Shown here in pieces: positions 26,701-40,219 of a stretch of DNA of 64,000 bases. How positions within the stretch are numbered: the first letter of the stretch is position 1; every line of letters starts with the position of its first letter. A program made the translations under genes and the position numbers. The notes under the pieces are model-generated. The model searched no databases and had not been told where the DNA came from. It saw nothing but the letters and a program-made list of their open reading frames with translations. The stretch comes from Octopus sinensis (lineage: Eukaryota), in NCBI RefSeq assembly GCF_006345805.1, contig NW_021836176.1:1-64000 (forward strand). The letters run 5' to 3'.

Positions 26701-29700
26701 TAAACAAGCACATCATTGAAATCTCATAGCTATGAGATAATGCATGATTAATTCAAAACAAGACCGGATCCTGCCTCTCACACCAACCCTACAATGTCAT
26801 TCTAAAAATAAATAATCACATCATTGAAATCTCAAAGCTATAAGATAATGCATGATTAATTCAAAACAAGGCCAGATCCATCCTCTCACACCAACCCTAC
26901 AATGTCATTCTAAAAATAAACAATCACATCATTGAAATCTCAAAGCTATGAGATAATGCATGATTAATTCAAAACAAGGCCAGATCCTGCCTCTCACACT
27001 TACCCTACAATGTCATTCTAAAAATAAACAATCACATCATTGAAATCTCAAAGCCGTGAGATAATGCATGATTAATTCAAAACAAGGCCAGATCCTGCCT
27101 CTCACACCTACCCTACAATGTCATTCTAAAAATAAACAATCACATCATTGAAATCACAAAGCTGTGAGATAATGCATGATTAATTCAAAACAAGGCCGGA
27201 TCCTGCCTCTCACACCTACCTCACAATGTCATTCTAAAAATAAACAATCGCATCATTGAAATCTCAAAGCTATGAGATAATGCATGATTAATTCAAAACA
27301 AGACCAGATCCTGCCTCTCACACCTACCCTACAATGTCATTCTAAAAATAAACAATCACTTCATTGAAATCTCAAAGCTGTGAGATAATGCATGATTAAT
27401 TCAAAACAAGGCCAGATCCTGTCTCTCACACCTACCCTACAATGTCATTCTAAAAATAAACAATCACATCATTGAAATCTCAAAGCTGTGAGATAATGCA
27501 TGATTAATTCAAAACAAGGCCAGATCCTGTCTCTCACACCTGCCCTACAATGTCATTCTAAAAATAACAATCACATCATTGAAATCTCAAAGCTGTGAGA
27601 TAATGCATAATTAATTCAAAACAAGACTAGATCCTGTCTCTCACACCTACCCTACAATGTCATTCTAAAAATAAACAATCACATCATTGAAATCTCAAAG
27701 CTGTGAGATAATGCATGATTAATTCAAAACAAGGCCGGATCCTGTCTCTCACACCTACCCTACAATGTCATTCTAAAAATAAACAATCTCATCATTGAAA
27801 TCTCAAGACTGTGAGATAATGCATGATTAATTCAAAACAAGGCCAGATCCTGTCTCTCACACCAACCCTTCAATGTCATTCTAAAAATAAACAATCACAT
27901 CATTGAAATCTCAAAGCTGTGAGATAATGCATGATTAATTCAAAACAAGGCCAGATCCTGTCTCTCACACCAACCCTACAATGTCATTCTAAAAATAAAC
28001 AATCACATCATTGAAATCTCAAAGCTGTGAGATAATGCATGACTAATTCAAAACAAGGCCAGATCCTGTCTCTCACACCAACCCTACAATGTCATTCTAA
28101 AAATAAACAATCACATCATTGAAATCTCAAAGCTGTGAGATAATGCATGATTAATTCAAAACAAGGCCAGATCCTGTCTCTCACACCAACCCTACAATGT
28201 CATTCTAAAAATAAACAATCACATCATTGAAATCTCAAAGCTGTGAGATAATGCATGACTAATTCAAAACAAGGCCAGATCCTGTCTCTCACACCAACCC
28301 TACAATGTCATTCTAAAAATAAACAATCACATCATTGAAATCTCAAAGCTGTGAGATAATGCATGACTAATTCAAAACAAGGCCAGATCCTGTCTCTCAC
28401 ACCAACCCTACAATGTCATTCTAAAAATAAACAATCACATCATTGAAATCTCAAAGCTGTGAGATAATGCATGACTAATTCAAAACAAGGCCAGATCCTG
28501 TCTCTCACACCAACCCTACAATGTCATTCTAAAAATAAACAATCACATCATTGAAATCTCAAAGCTATAAGATAATGCATGATTAATTCAAAACAAGGCC
28601 AGATCATGCCTCTCACACCTACCCTACAATGTCATTCTAAAAATAAACAATCACATCATTGAAATCTCAAAGCTATGAGATAATGCATGATTAATTCAAA
28701 ACAAGGCCAGCTCCTGTCTCTCACACCTACCCTACAATGTCATTCTAAAAATAAACAATCTCATCATTGAAATCTCAAAGCTGTGAGATAATGCATGATT
28801 AATTCAAAACAAGTCCAGATCCTGTCTCTCACACCTACCCTACAATGTCATTCAAAAAATAAACAATCACATCATTGAAATCTCAAAGCTATGAGATAAT
28901 GCATGATTAATTCAAAACAAGGCCAGATCCTGCCTCTCACACCCACCCTACAATGTCATTCTTAAAATAAACAATTTCATCATAGAAATCTCAAAGCTAT
29001 GAGATAATGCATGATTAATTCAAAACGAGGCCACCTCCTGCCTCTCACACCTACCCTACAATGTCATTCTAAAATTAAACAATCTCATCATTGAAATCTC
29101 AAAGCTATGAGATAATGCATGAGTAATTCAAAACAAGGCCGGATCCTGTCTCTCACACCTACCCTACAATGTCATTCTAAAATTAAACAATCGCATCATT
29201 GAAATCTCAAAGCTATGAGATAATGCATGATTAATTCAAAACAAGGCCAGATCCTGCCTATCACACCTATCTCACAATGTCATTCTAAAAATAAACAATC
29301 ACATCATTGAAATCTCAAAGCTATGAGATAATGCATGATTAATTCAAAACAAGGCTAGATCCAGCCTCTCACACCTACTCTACAATGTCATTCTAAAAAT
29401 AAACAATCACATCATGGAAATCTCAAAGCTATGAGATAATGCATGATTAATTCAAAACAAGGCCAGATCCATCCTCTCACACCTACCTCACAATGTCATA
29501 CTAAAAATAAATAATCACATCATTGAAATCTCAAAGCAATGATATAAGCATGATTAATGCATTAATTCAAACAAGGCTATCCAGCCTCTCTCACCTATCC
29601 TACAATGTCCCTCTAAATATAAACAATCCCTACATTGTGAGATAGTGTGTGGTTAATTTAAAGCAAAGTGAATAAATAAGATTATGTTTGACAGTGTATT

Positions 29701-32700
29701 CTGAATGCTAAGGAGTTAACCCCGTAGGATTTGAACCAGCAATATGCAGCTGAAATAGTCTGTCTGTTTTATGTTCAAACCAGCTGTGTCTGGCCCCTCA
29801 CACCTACCCCTAAAAACGTCATTTTAAAGAGACAAAAAACAATTGTGTGATTGGAATCTCAAATCTGTAAGAAAATGCATGATTAATTCAAAACAATGGT
29901 AAAATTTAAGCTTTATATTTCACATCATAGACACCTTAAAGTTACAAGATAATGCATGATTAATTTGAAACAATAGGACTAAATACGGACTACATATGAC
30001 AGAATAATATGAATTTTATTTCAGTTATGTTCAAACTGCCCAGATCCATCCTCTCACTCATACCCTACAATGTCATTCTTAAAATAAATAATCACATCTT
30101 TGAAATCTCAACGCTATGAGATAATGCATGATTAATTCAAAACAAGGCCACATCCTGCCTCTCACACCTACGATGTCATTCTCAAATAAAAACAATCACA
30201 TCATTGAAATCTCAAAGCTATGAGATAATGCATGATTAATTCAAAACAGGCCAGATCCAGCTTCTCACACCTACCCTACAATGTCATTCTAAAAATAAAC
30301 AAGCACATCATTGAAATCTCATAGCTATGAGATAATGCATGATTAATTCAAAACAAACCGGATCCTGCCTCTCACACCTACCCTACAATGTCATACTAAA
30401 AATAAATAATCACATCATTGAAATCTCAAGCTATAAGATAATGCATGATTATTCAAAACAAGGCCAGATCCATCCTCTCACCCTACCCTACAATGTCATT
30501 CTAAAAATAAACAATCACATCATTGAAATCTCAAAGCTATGAGATAATGCATGATTAATTCAAAACAAGGCCAGATCCTGCCTCTCACACTTACCCTACA
30601 ATGTCATTCTAAAAATAAACAATCACATCATTGAAATCTCAAAGCCGTGAGATAATGCATGATTAATTCAAAACAAGGCCAGATCCTGCCTCTCACACCT
30701 ACCCTACAATGTCATTCTAAAAATAAAGAATCACATCATTGAAATCTCAAAGCTGTGAGATAATGCATGATTAATTCAAAACAAGGCCGGATCCTGTCTC
30801 TCACACCTACCTCACAATGTCATTCTAAAAATAAACAATCGCATCATTGAAATCTCAAAGCTATGAGATAATGCATGATTAATTCAAAACAAGACCAGAT
30901 CCTGCCTCTCACACCTACCCTACAATGTCATTCTAAAAATAAACAATCACTTCATTGAAATCTCAAAGCTGTGAGATAATGCATGATTAATTCAAAACAA
31001 GGCCAGATCCTGTCTCTCACACCTACCCTACAATGTCATTCTAAAAATAAACAATCACATCATTGAAATCTCAAAGCTGTGAGATAATGCATGATTAATT
31101 CAAAACAAGGCCAGATCCTGTCTCTCACACCTGCCCTACAATGTCATTCTAAAAATAAACAATCACATCATTGAAATCTCAAAGCTGTGAGATAATGCAT
31201 AATTAATTCAAAACAAGACTAGATCCTGTCTCTCACACCTACCCTACAATGTCATTCTAAAAATAAACAATCACATCATTGAAATCTCAAAGCTGTGAGA
31301 TAATGCATGATTAATTCAAAACAAGGTCGGATCCTGTCTCTCACACCTACCCTACAATGTCATTCTAAAAATAAACAATCTCATCATTGAAATCTCAAGA
31401 CTGTGAGATAATGCATGATTAATTCAAAACAAGGCCAGATCCTGTCTCTCACACCAACCCTACAATGTCATTCTAAAAATAAACAATCACATCATTGAAA
31501 TCTCAAAGCTGTGAGATAATGCATGATTAATTCAAAACAAGACCAGATCCTGTCTCTCACACCAACCCTACAATGTCATTCTAAAAATAAACAATCACAT
31601 CATTGAAATCTCAAAGCTGTGAGATAATGCATGACTAATTCAAAACAAGGCCAGATCCTGTCTCTCACACCAACCCTACAATGTCATTCTAAAAATAAAC
31701 AATCACATCATTGAAATCTCAAAGCTGTGAGATAATGCATTTAATTCAAAACAAGGCCAGATCCTGTCTCTCACACCACCCTACAATGTCATTCTAAAAA
31801 TAAACAATCACATCATTGAATCTCAAAGCTGTGAGATAAGGCATGACTAATTCAAAACAAGGCCAGATCCTGTCTCTCACACCAACCCTACAATGTCATT
31901 CTAAAAATAAACAATCACATCATTGAAATCTCAAAGCTGTGAGATAATGCATGACTAATTCAAAACAAGGCCAGATCCTGTCTCTCACACCAACCCTACA
32001 ATGTCATTCTAAAAATAAACAATCACATCATTGAAATCTCAAAGCTGTGAGATAATGCATGACTAATTCAAAACAAGGCCAGATCCTGTCTCTCACACCA
32101 ACCCTACAATGTCATTCTAAAAATAAACAATCACATCATTGAAATCTCAAAGCTATAAGATAATGCATGATTAATTCAAAACAAGGCCAGACCATGCCTC
32201 TCACACGTACCCTACAATGTCATTCTAAAAATAAACAATCACATCTTTGAAATCTCAAAGCTATGAGATAATGCATGATTAATTCAAAACAAGGCCAGAT
32301 CCTGTCTCTCACACCTACCCTACAATGTCAATCTAAAAATAAACAATCACATCATGGAAATCTCAAAGCTATGAGATAATGCATGATTAATTCAAAACAA
32401 GGCCAGATCCATCCTCTCACACCTACCTCACAATGTCATACTAAAAATAAATAATCACATCATTGAAATCTCAAAGCTATGAGATAATGCATGATTAATT
32501 CAAAACAAGGCTAGATCCAGCCTCTCTCACCTATCCTACAATGTCCCTCTAAATATAAACAATCCCTACATTTGTGAGATAGTGTGTGGTTAATTTAAAG
32601 CAAAGTAAAATAAGAATTATATTTGACAGTGTATTCTGAATGCTAAGGAGTTAACCCCGAGGATTTGAACCAGCAATATGCAGCTGAAATTGTCTGCTGT

Positions 32701-35700
32701 TTATGTTCAAACCAGCTGTGTCTGGCCCCTCACACCTACCCCTAAAAAATGTCATTTAAAGAGACAAAAAAATTGTGTGATTGGAATCTCAAATCTGTAA
32801 GAAAATGCATGATTAATTCAAAACAATGGTAAAATTTAAGCTTTATATTTCACATCATAGAAACCTTAAAGTTACAAGATAATGCATGATTAATTTGAAA
32901 ACAAGAGGACTAAATACGGACTACATTTGACAGAATAATATGAATTTTATTTCAGTTATGTTCAAACTGCCCAGATCCATCCTCTCACTCATACCCTACA
33001 ATGTCATTCTCAAATAAAAACAATCACATCATTGAAATCTCAAAGCTATGAGATAATGCATGATTAATTCAAAACAAGGCCAGATCCAGCTTCTCACACT
33101 ACCCTACAATGTCATTCAAAAATAACAAGCAATCATTGAAATCTCAAGCTATGAGATAATGCATGATTAATTCAAAACAAGACCGGATCCTGTCTCTCAC
33201 ACCTACCCTACAATGTCATTCTAAAAATAAATAATCACATCATTGAAATCTCAAAGCTATAAGATAATGCATGATTAATTCAAAACAAGGCCAGATCCAT
33301 CCTCTCACACCTACCCTACAATGTCATTCTAAAAATAAACAATCACATCATTGAAATCTCAAAGCTATGAGATAATGCATGATTAATTCAAAACAAGGCC
33401 AGATCCTGCCTCTCACACTTACCCTACAATGTCATTCTAAAAATAAACAATCACATCATTGAAATCTCAAAGCCGTGAGATAATGCATGATTAATTCAAA
33501 ACAAGGCCAGATCCTGCCTCTCACACCTACCCTACAATGTCATTCTAAAAATAAACAATCACATCATTGAAATCTCAAAGCTGTGAGATAATGCATGATT
33601 AATTCAAAACAAGGCCGGATCCTGCTCTCACACCTACCTACAATGTCATTCTAAAAATAAACAATCGCATCATTGAAATCTCAAAGCTATGAGATAATGC
33701 ATGATTAATTCAAAACAGACCAGATCCTGCCTCTCACACCTACCCTACAATGTCATTCTAAAAATAAACAATCACTTCATTGAAATCTCAAAGCTGTGAG
33801 ATAATGCATGATTAATTCAAAACAAGGCCAGATCCTGTCTCTCACACCTACCAACAATGTCATTCTAAAAATAAACAATCACATCATTGAAATCTCAAAG
33901 CTGTGAGATAATGCATGATTAATTCAAAACAAGGCCGGATCCTGTCTCTCACACCTACCCTACAATGTCATTCTAAAAATAAACAATCTCATCATTGAAA
34001 TCTCAAGACTGTGAGATAATGCATGATTAATTCAAACAAGGCCAGATCCTGTCTCTCACACCAACCTACAATGTCATTCTAAAATAAACAATCACATCAT
34101 TGAATCTCAAAGCTGTGAGATAATGCATGACTAATTCAAACAAGGCAGATCCTGTCTCTCACACCAACCCTACAATGTCATTCTAAAAATAAACATCATC
34201 ACATCATTGAAATCTCAAAGCTGTGAGATAATGCATGATAATTCAAAACAAGGCCAGATCCTGTCTCTCACACCAACCCTACAATGTCATTCTAAAAATA
34301 AACAATCACATCATTGAAATCTCAAAGCTATAAGATAATGCATGATTAATTCAAAACAAGGCCAGATCCAGCCTCTCACACCTACCCTACAATGTCATTC
34401 TAAAAATAAACAATCACATCATTGAAATCTCAAAGCTATGAGATAATGCATGATTAATTCAAAACAAGGCCAGATCCTGTCTCTCACACCTACCTACAAT
34501 GTCATTCTAAAAATAAACAATCTCATCATTGAAATCTCAAAGCTGTGAGATAATGCATGATTAATTCAAAAACAAGGTCAGATCCTGTCTCTCACACCTA
34601 CCCTACAATGTCATTCTAAAAATAAACAATCACATCATTGAAATCTCAAAGCTATGAGATAATGCATGATTAATTCAAACAAGGCCAGATCCTGCCTCTA
34701 CACCCCACCCTACAATGTCATTCTAAAATAAACAATTTCACTCATAGAAATCTCAAAGCTATGAGATAATGCATGATTAATTCAAAACGAGGCCACCTCC
34801 TGCCTCTCACACCTACCCTACAATGTCATTCTAAAATTAAACAATCTCATCATTGAAATCTCAAAGCTATGAGATAATGCATGAGTAATTCAAAACAAGG
34901 CCGGATCCTGTCTCTCACACCTACCCTACAATGACATTCTAAAATTAAACAATCGCATCATTGAAATCTCAAAGCTATGAGATAATGCATGATTAATTCA
35001 AAACAAGGCCAGATCCTGCCTATCAGACCTATCTCACAATGTCATTCTAAAAATAAACAATCACATCATTGAAATCTCAAAGCTATGAGATAATGCATGA
35101 TTAATTCAAAATAAGGCCCATCCAGCCTCTCACACCTACCCTACAATGTCATTCTAAAAATAAATAATCACATCTTTCAAATCTCAACGCTATGAGACAA
35201 TGCATGATTAATTCAAAACAAGGCCAGGTCCAGCCTCTCACACCCACCCTATAATGTCATTTTAAAATAAACAATCACATCATTGAAATCTCAAGCTATG
35301 AGATAATGCATGATTAATTCAAAACAAGGCTAGATCAAGCCTCTCACACCCACCCTACAATGTCATTCTAAAAATAAACAATCACATCATTGAAATCTCA
35401 AAGCTATGAGATAATGCATGATTAATTCAAACAAGGCAGATCCAGCCTCTCACACCTACCCTACAATGTCATTCTAAAATAAACAATCACATCATTGAAA
35501 TCTCAAAGCTATGAGATAATGCATGATTAATTCAAAACAAGGCCAGATCCAGCCTCTCACACCTACCCTACAATGTCATTCTAAAAATAAACAATCGCAT
35601 CATTGAAATCTCAAAGCTATGAGATAATGCATGATTAATTCAAAATAAGGCCACATCCAGCCTCTCACACCTACCCTACAATGTCATTCTAAAAATAAAC

Positions 35701-38610
35701 AATCACATCATTGAAATCTCAATGCTATGAGATAATGCATGATTAATTCAAAACAAGGCCAGATCCTGCATCTCACACCTGCCCTACAATGTCATTTTAA
35801 AATAAACAATCGCATCATTGAAATCTCAAGACTGTGAGATAATGCATGATTAATTCAAAACAAGGCCACATCCAGCCTGTCACACCTACCCTACAATGTC
35901 ATTCTAAAAATAAACAATCACATCATTGAAATCTCAAAGCTGTGAGATAATGCATGATTAATACAAAACAAGGCCAGATCCACCCTCTCACACCTACCCT
36001 ACAATGTCATTCTAAAAATAAACAATCACATCATTGAAATCTCAATGCTATGAGATAATGCATGATTAATTCAAAACAAGGCCAGATCCTGCCTCTCACA
36101 CCTGCCCTACAATATCATTCTAAAAATAAACAATCACATCATTGAAATCTCAATGCTATGAGATAATGCATGATTAATTCAAAACAAGGCCAGATCCTGC
36201 CTCTCACACCTATCCTACAATGTCATTCTAAAAATAAATAATCACATCATTGAAATCTCAATGCTATGAGATAATGCATGATTAATTCAAAACAAGGCCA
36301 GATCCAGCCTCTCACACCTACCCTACAATGTCATTCTAAAAATAAACAATCACATCATTGAAATCTCAATGCTATGAGATAATGCATGATTAATTCAAAA
36401 CAAGGCCAGATCCTGCCTCTCACACCTGCCCTACAATGTCATTTTAAAATAAACAATCGCATCATTGAAATCTCAAGACTGTGAGATAATGCATGATTAA
36501 TTCAAAACAAGGCCAGATCCAGCCTCTCACACCTACCCTAAAATGTCATTCTAAAAATAAACAATCACATCATTGAAATCTCAAAGCTGTGAGATAATGC
36601 ATGATTAATTCAAAACAAGGCCAGATCCAGCCTCTCACACCTACCCTACAATGTCATTCTAAAAATAAATAATCACATCATTGAAATCACAATGCTATGA
36701 AATCTCAATGCTATGATTAATTCAAAACAAGGCTAGATCAAGCCTCTCACACCCACCCTACAATGTCATTTTAAAAATAATCACATTATTTAAATCTCAA
36801 AGCTATGAGATAATGCAGGATTAATTGAAAACAAGGCCAGATCCAGCCTCTCACACATACCCTACAATGTCATTCTAAATATAAACAATCACATTATTTA
36901 AATCTCAAATCTATGAGATAATGCATGATTAATTCAAAACAAGGCCAGATCCAGCCTCTCACACCTACCCTACAATGTCATTCTAAAAATAAATAATCAC
37001 ATCATTGAAATCTCAAAGCTATGAGATAATGCATGATTAATTCAAAACAATGCCACATCCAGCCTCTCACACCTACCCTACAATGTCATTCTAAAAATAA
37101 ACAATCACATCATTGAAATCTCAATGCTATGAGATAATGCATGATTAATTCAAAACAATGCCACATCCAGCCTCTCACACCTACCCTACAATGTCATTCT
37201 AAAAATAAACAATCACATCATTGAAATCTCAATGCTATGAGATAATGCATGATTAATTCAAAACAAGGCCAGATCCTGCCTCTCACACCTACCCTACAAT
37301 GTCATTCTAAAAATAAACAATCACATCATTGAAATCTCAATGCTATGAGATAATGCATGATTAATTCAAAACAATGCCACATCCAGCCTCTCACACCTAC
37401 CCTACAATGTCATTCTAAAAATAAACAATCACATCATTGAAATCTCAATACTATGAGATAATGCATGATTAATTCAAAACAAGGCCAGATCCTGCCTCTC
37501 ACACCTACCCTACAATGTCATTCTAAAAATAAACAATCACATCATTGAAATCTCAATGCTATGAGATAATGCATGATTAATTCAAAAGAAGGCCAGATCC
37601 TGCCTCTCACACCTACCCTACAATGTCATTCTAAAAATAAACAATCACATCATTGAAATCTCAATGCTATGAGATAATGCATGATTAATTCAAAACAATG
37701 CCACATCCAGCCTCTCACACCTACACTACAATGTCATTCGAAAAATAAACAATCACATCATTGAAATCTCAATGCTATGAGATAATGCATGATTAATTCA
37801 AAACAATGCCACATCCAGCCTCTCACACCTACCCTACAATGTCATTCTAAAAATAAACAATCACATCATTGAAATCTCAATGCTATGAGATAATGCATGA
37901 TTAATTCAAAACAAGGCCAGATCCTGCCTCTCACACCTACCCTACAATGTCATGCTAAAAATAAACAATCACATCATTGAAATCTCAATGCTATGAGATA
38001 ATGCATGATTAATTCAAAACAATGCCACATCCAGCGTCTCACACCTACCCTTCAATGTCATTCTAAAAATAAACAATCACATCATTGAAATCTCAATGCT
38101 ATAAGATAATGCATGATTAATTCAAAACAATGCCACATCCAGCCTCTCACACCTACCCTACAATGTCATTCTAAAAATAAACAACCACGTCATTGAAATC
38201 TCAATTCTATGAGATAATGCATGATTAATTCAAAACAATGCCACATCCAGCCTCTCACACCTACCCTACAATGTCATTCTAAAAATAAACAATCACATCA
38301 TTGAAATCTCAATGCTATGAGATAATGCATGATTAATTCAAAACAAGGCCAGATCCAGCTTCTCACACCTACCCTACAATGTCATTCTAAAAATAAACAA
38401 TCACATCATTGAAATCTCAATGCTATGAGATAATGCATGATTAATTCAAAACAAGACCGGACCCTGCCTCTCACACCTACCCTACAATGTCATTCTAAAA
38501 ATAAACAATCACATCATTGAAATCTCAAAGCTATGAGATAATGCATGATTAATTCAAAACAATGTGAATAAATAAGCATTGCATTGGATAGAATATTCTA
38601 AATGCTAAAG
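17753..38610 (+). repeat. MITE-derived satellite array: ~170 copies of a 108-bp monomer with five internal MITE end-to-start junction blocks
   Basis: Monomer AGGCCAGATCCAGCCTCTCACACCTACCCTACAATGTCATTCTAAAAATAAACAATCACATCATTGAAATCTCAAAGCTATGAGATAATGCATGATTAATTCAAAACA (starts 17921 and 18029, spacing 108). Begins TTAA|ccctttagcatt. Junction TTAAs at 20331, 24035, 26119, 29716 and 32651. Ends with subterminal gtgaataaataagcatt...aatgctaaag. Copy number is an estimate from length. Confidence 0.95.
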
Positions 38611-38910
38611 TTATTCTCTCAAAATATTCTAATTAATTTGAGTTCAAACTGGTCAGATCCAGCCTCTTACATTTCTCCTATGACGTCATTCTGGAAAAGA
38701 AAATGGAATTTGTAACTGATTCACAAAGCTATGAGATAATGCATGAATAATTCAAAACAATGAACGTAAAGAAAGGTCACACTTGCCAAGATAATCTGAA
38801 TGCTAAAGTTATTCTACCAAAATATTGTTTTATGTTCAAACCAGCCAAACCCAGCCTCTCACACCCAACAATGCCTTTGTAAAAACAATCACATGATTAA
38901 AATCTCAAAT
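38611..38910 (+). repeat. Degenerate MITE-1 units continuing the array
   Basis: Two diverged monomers joined by atgctaaag|ttattct..caaaatatt at 38610 and ~38808; cut off by a SINE-A at 38912. Confidence 0.75.
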
Positions 38911-38911
38911 A

Positions 38912-39081
38912 GGCGCAGGAGTGGCTGTGTGGTAAGTAGCTTGCTAACCAACCACATGGTTCCGGGTTCAGTCCCACTGTGTGGCACCTTGGGCAAGTGT
39001 CTTCTGCTTTAGCCCCGGGCCGACCAATGCCTTGTGAGTGGATTTGTAGACGGAAACTGAAAGAAGCCTGTCGTATATATG

Positions 39082-39141
<60 letters not shown>

Positions 39142-39371
39142 CACAGGGGTGGCTGTGTGGTAAGTAGCTTGCTAACCAGCCACATGGTTCCGGGTTCAGT
39201 CCCACTGTGTGGCACCTTGGGCAAGTGTCTTCTGCTATATCCCCGGGCCGACCAATGCCTTGTGAGTGGATTTGGTAGACGGAAACTGAAAGAAGCCCGT
39301 CGTATATATGTATGTATATATATGTGTGTGTGTCTGTGTTTGTATCCCTAGCATTGCTTGACAACCGATGC
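38912..39371 (+). mobile_element. SINE family A tandem: 5' half (38912-39139) plus 3'-truncated copy (39140-39371)
   Basis: Two heads separated by (TA)n. Confidence 0.88.
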
Positions 39372-39721
39372 TTTCCAGTTTAACGAAGTTATAAAATTAT
39401 CCTATATATATATATATATATAAACAAGTGTTTGCAAGGTTATTTAATTTCTGCCGACACTGATTTCAAGTATGTAATTGCAGCCAATGACCCAGGCTCC
39501 TTTTATTGAGCCTGGTCGCAGTTCATTTATTTTCATTCAGCATCTGGTGGTCATCTTAGAGACGCCTTGTGTCGAAAAATATATCATTCATAGCAGATAT
39601 TTTCTCAGTATCATTCACATGAACCTGACTTGGATCAGATTTTGGTTTGCAAGATTCTTCATATGAGTTCGTGTGTTGAAGCATATTCTGTTGCATCTGG
39701 GCAGAGTCATTTTCTTTTTAT

Positions 39722-40117
39722 GCGCAGGAGTGGCTGTGTGGTAAGTAGCTTGCTAACCAACCACATGGTTCCGGGTTCAGTCCCACTGCGTGGCATCTTG
39801 GGCATGTGTCTTCTGCTATAGCCCCGGGCCGACCAATGCCTTGTGAGTGGATTTGGTAGACGGAAACTGAAAGAAGCCTGTCGTATATATGTATATATAT
39901 GTGTGTGCTTGTGTGTCTGTGTTGTCCCCCTAGCATTGCTTGACAACCGATGCTGGTGTGTTTATGTCCCCCGTAACTTAGCGGTTCGGCAAAAGAGAAC
40001 GATAGAATAAGTACTGGGCTTACAAAGAATAAGTCCCGGGGTCGATTTGCTCGACTAAAGGTGGTGCTCCAGCATGGCCACAGTCAAAGGACTGAAACAA
40101 GTAAAAGAGTAAAGAGT
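39722..40117 (+). mobile_element. SINE family A, full length
   Basis: Matches the family consensus including the aaagagt tail. Confidence 0.9.
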
Positions 40118-40219
40118 ATAACGTAACACACTCACTGGTAACATTTCCACTTATTTCTTATTTTATTTTCCTAAAATTTTCGTTGCGTCTTGCAACCTTT
40201 TCAATAGTCTTGATTCTCT

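Noticed and set aside
29540-34750. Patches of 1-bp deletions in array monomers as biological variants
   Set aside because: They cluster in homopolymers and in discrete stretches (also ~18480-18700), typical of long-read consensus error; not used as diagnostic variants.
17753-38610. CRISPR-like repeat/spacer array
   Set aside because: The monomer is 108 bp with no unique spacers, the interrupting blocks are copies of each other, and there are no cas genes; the context is eukaryotic.
39560-39720. Minus-strand open frame of ~53 codons (ENDSAQMQQNMLQHTNSYEESCKPKSD...)
   Set aside because: No acceptor or start, abuts a SINE and has no recognisable motif; cannot be supported without transcripts.
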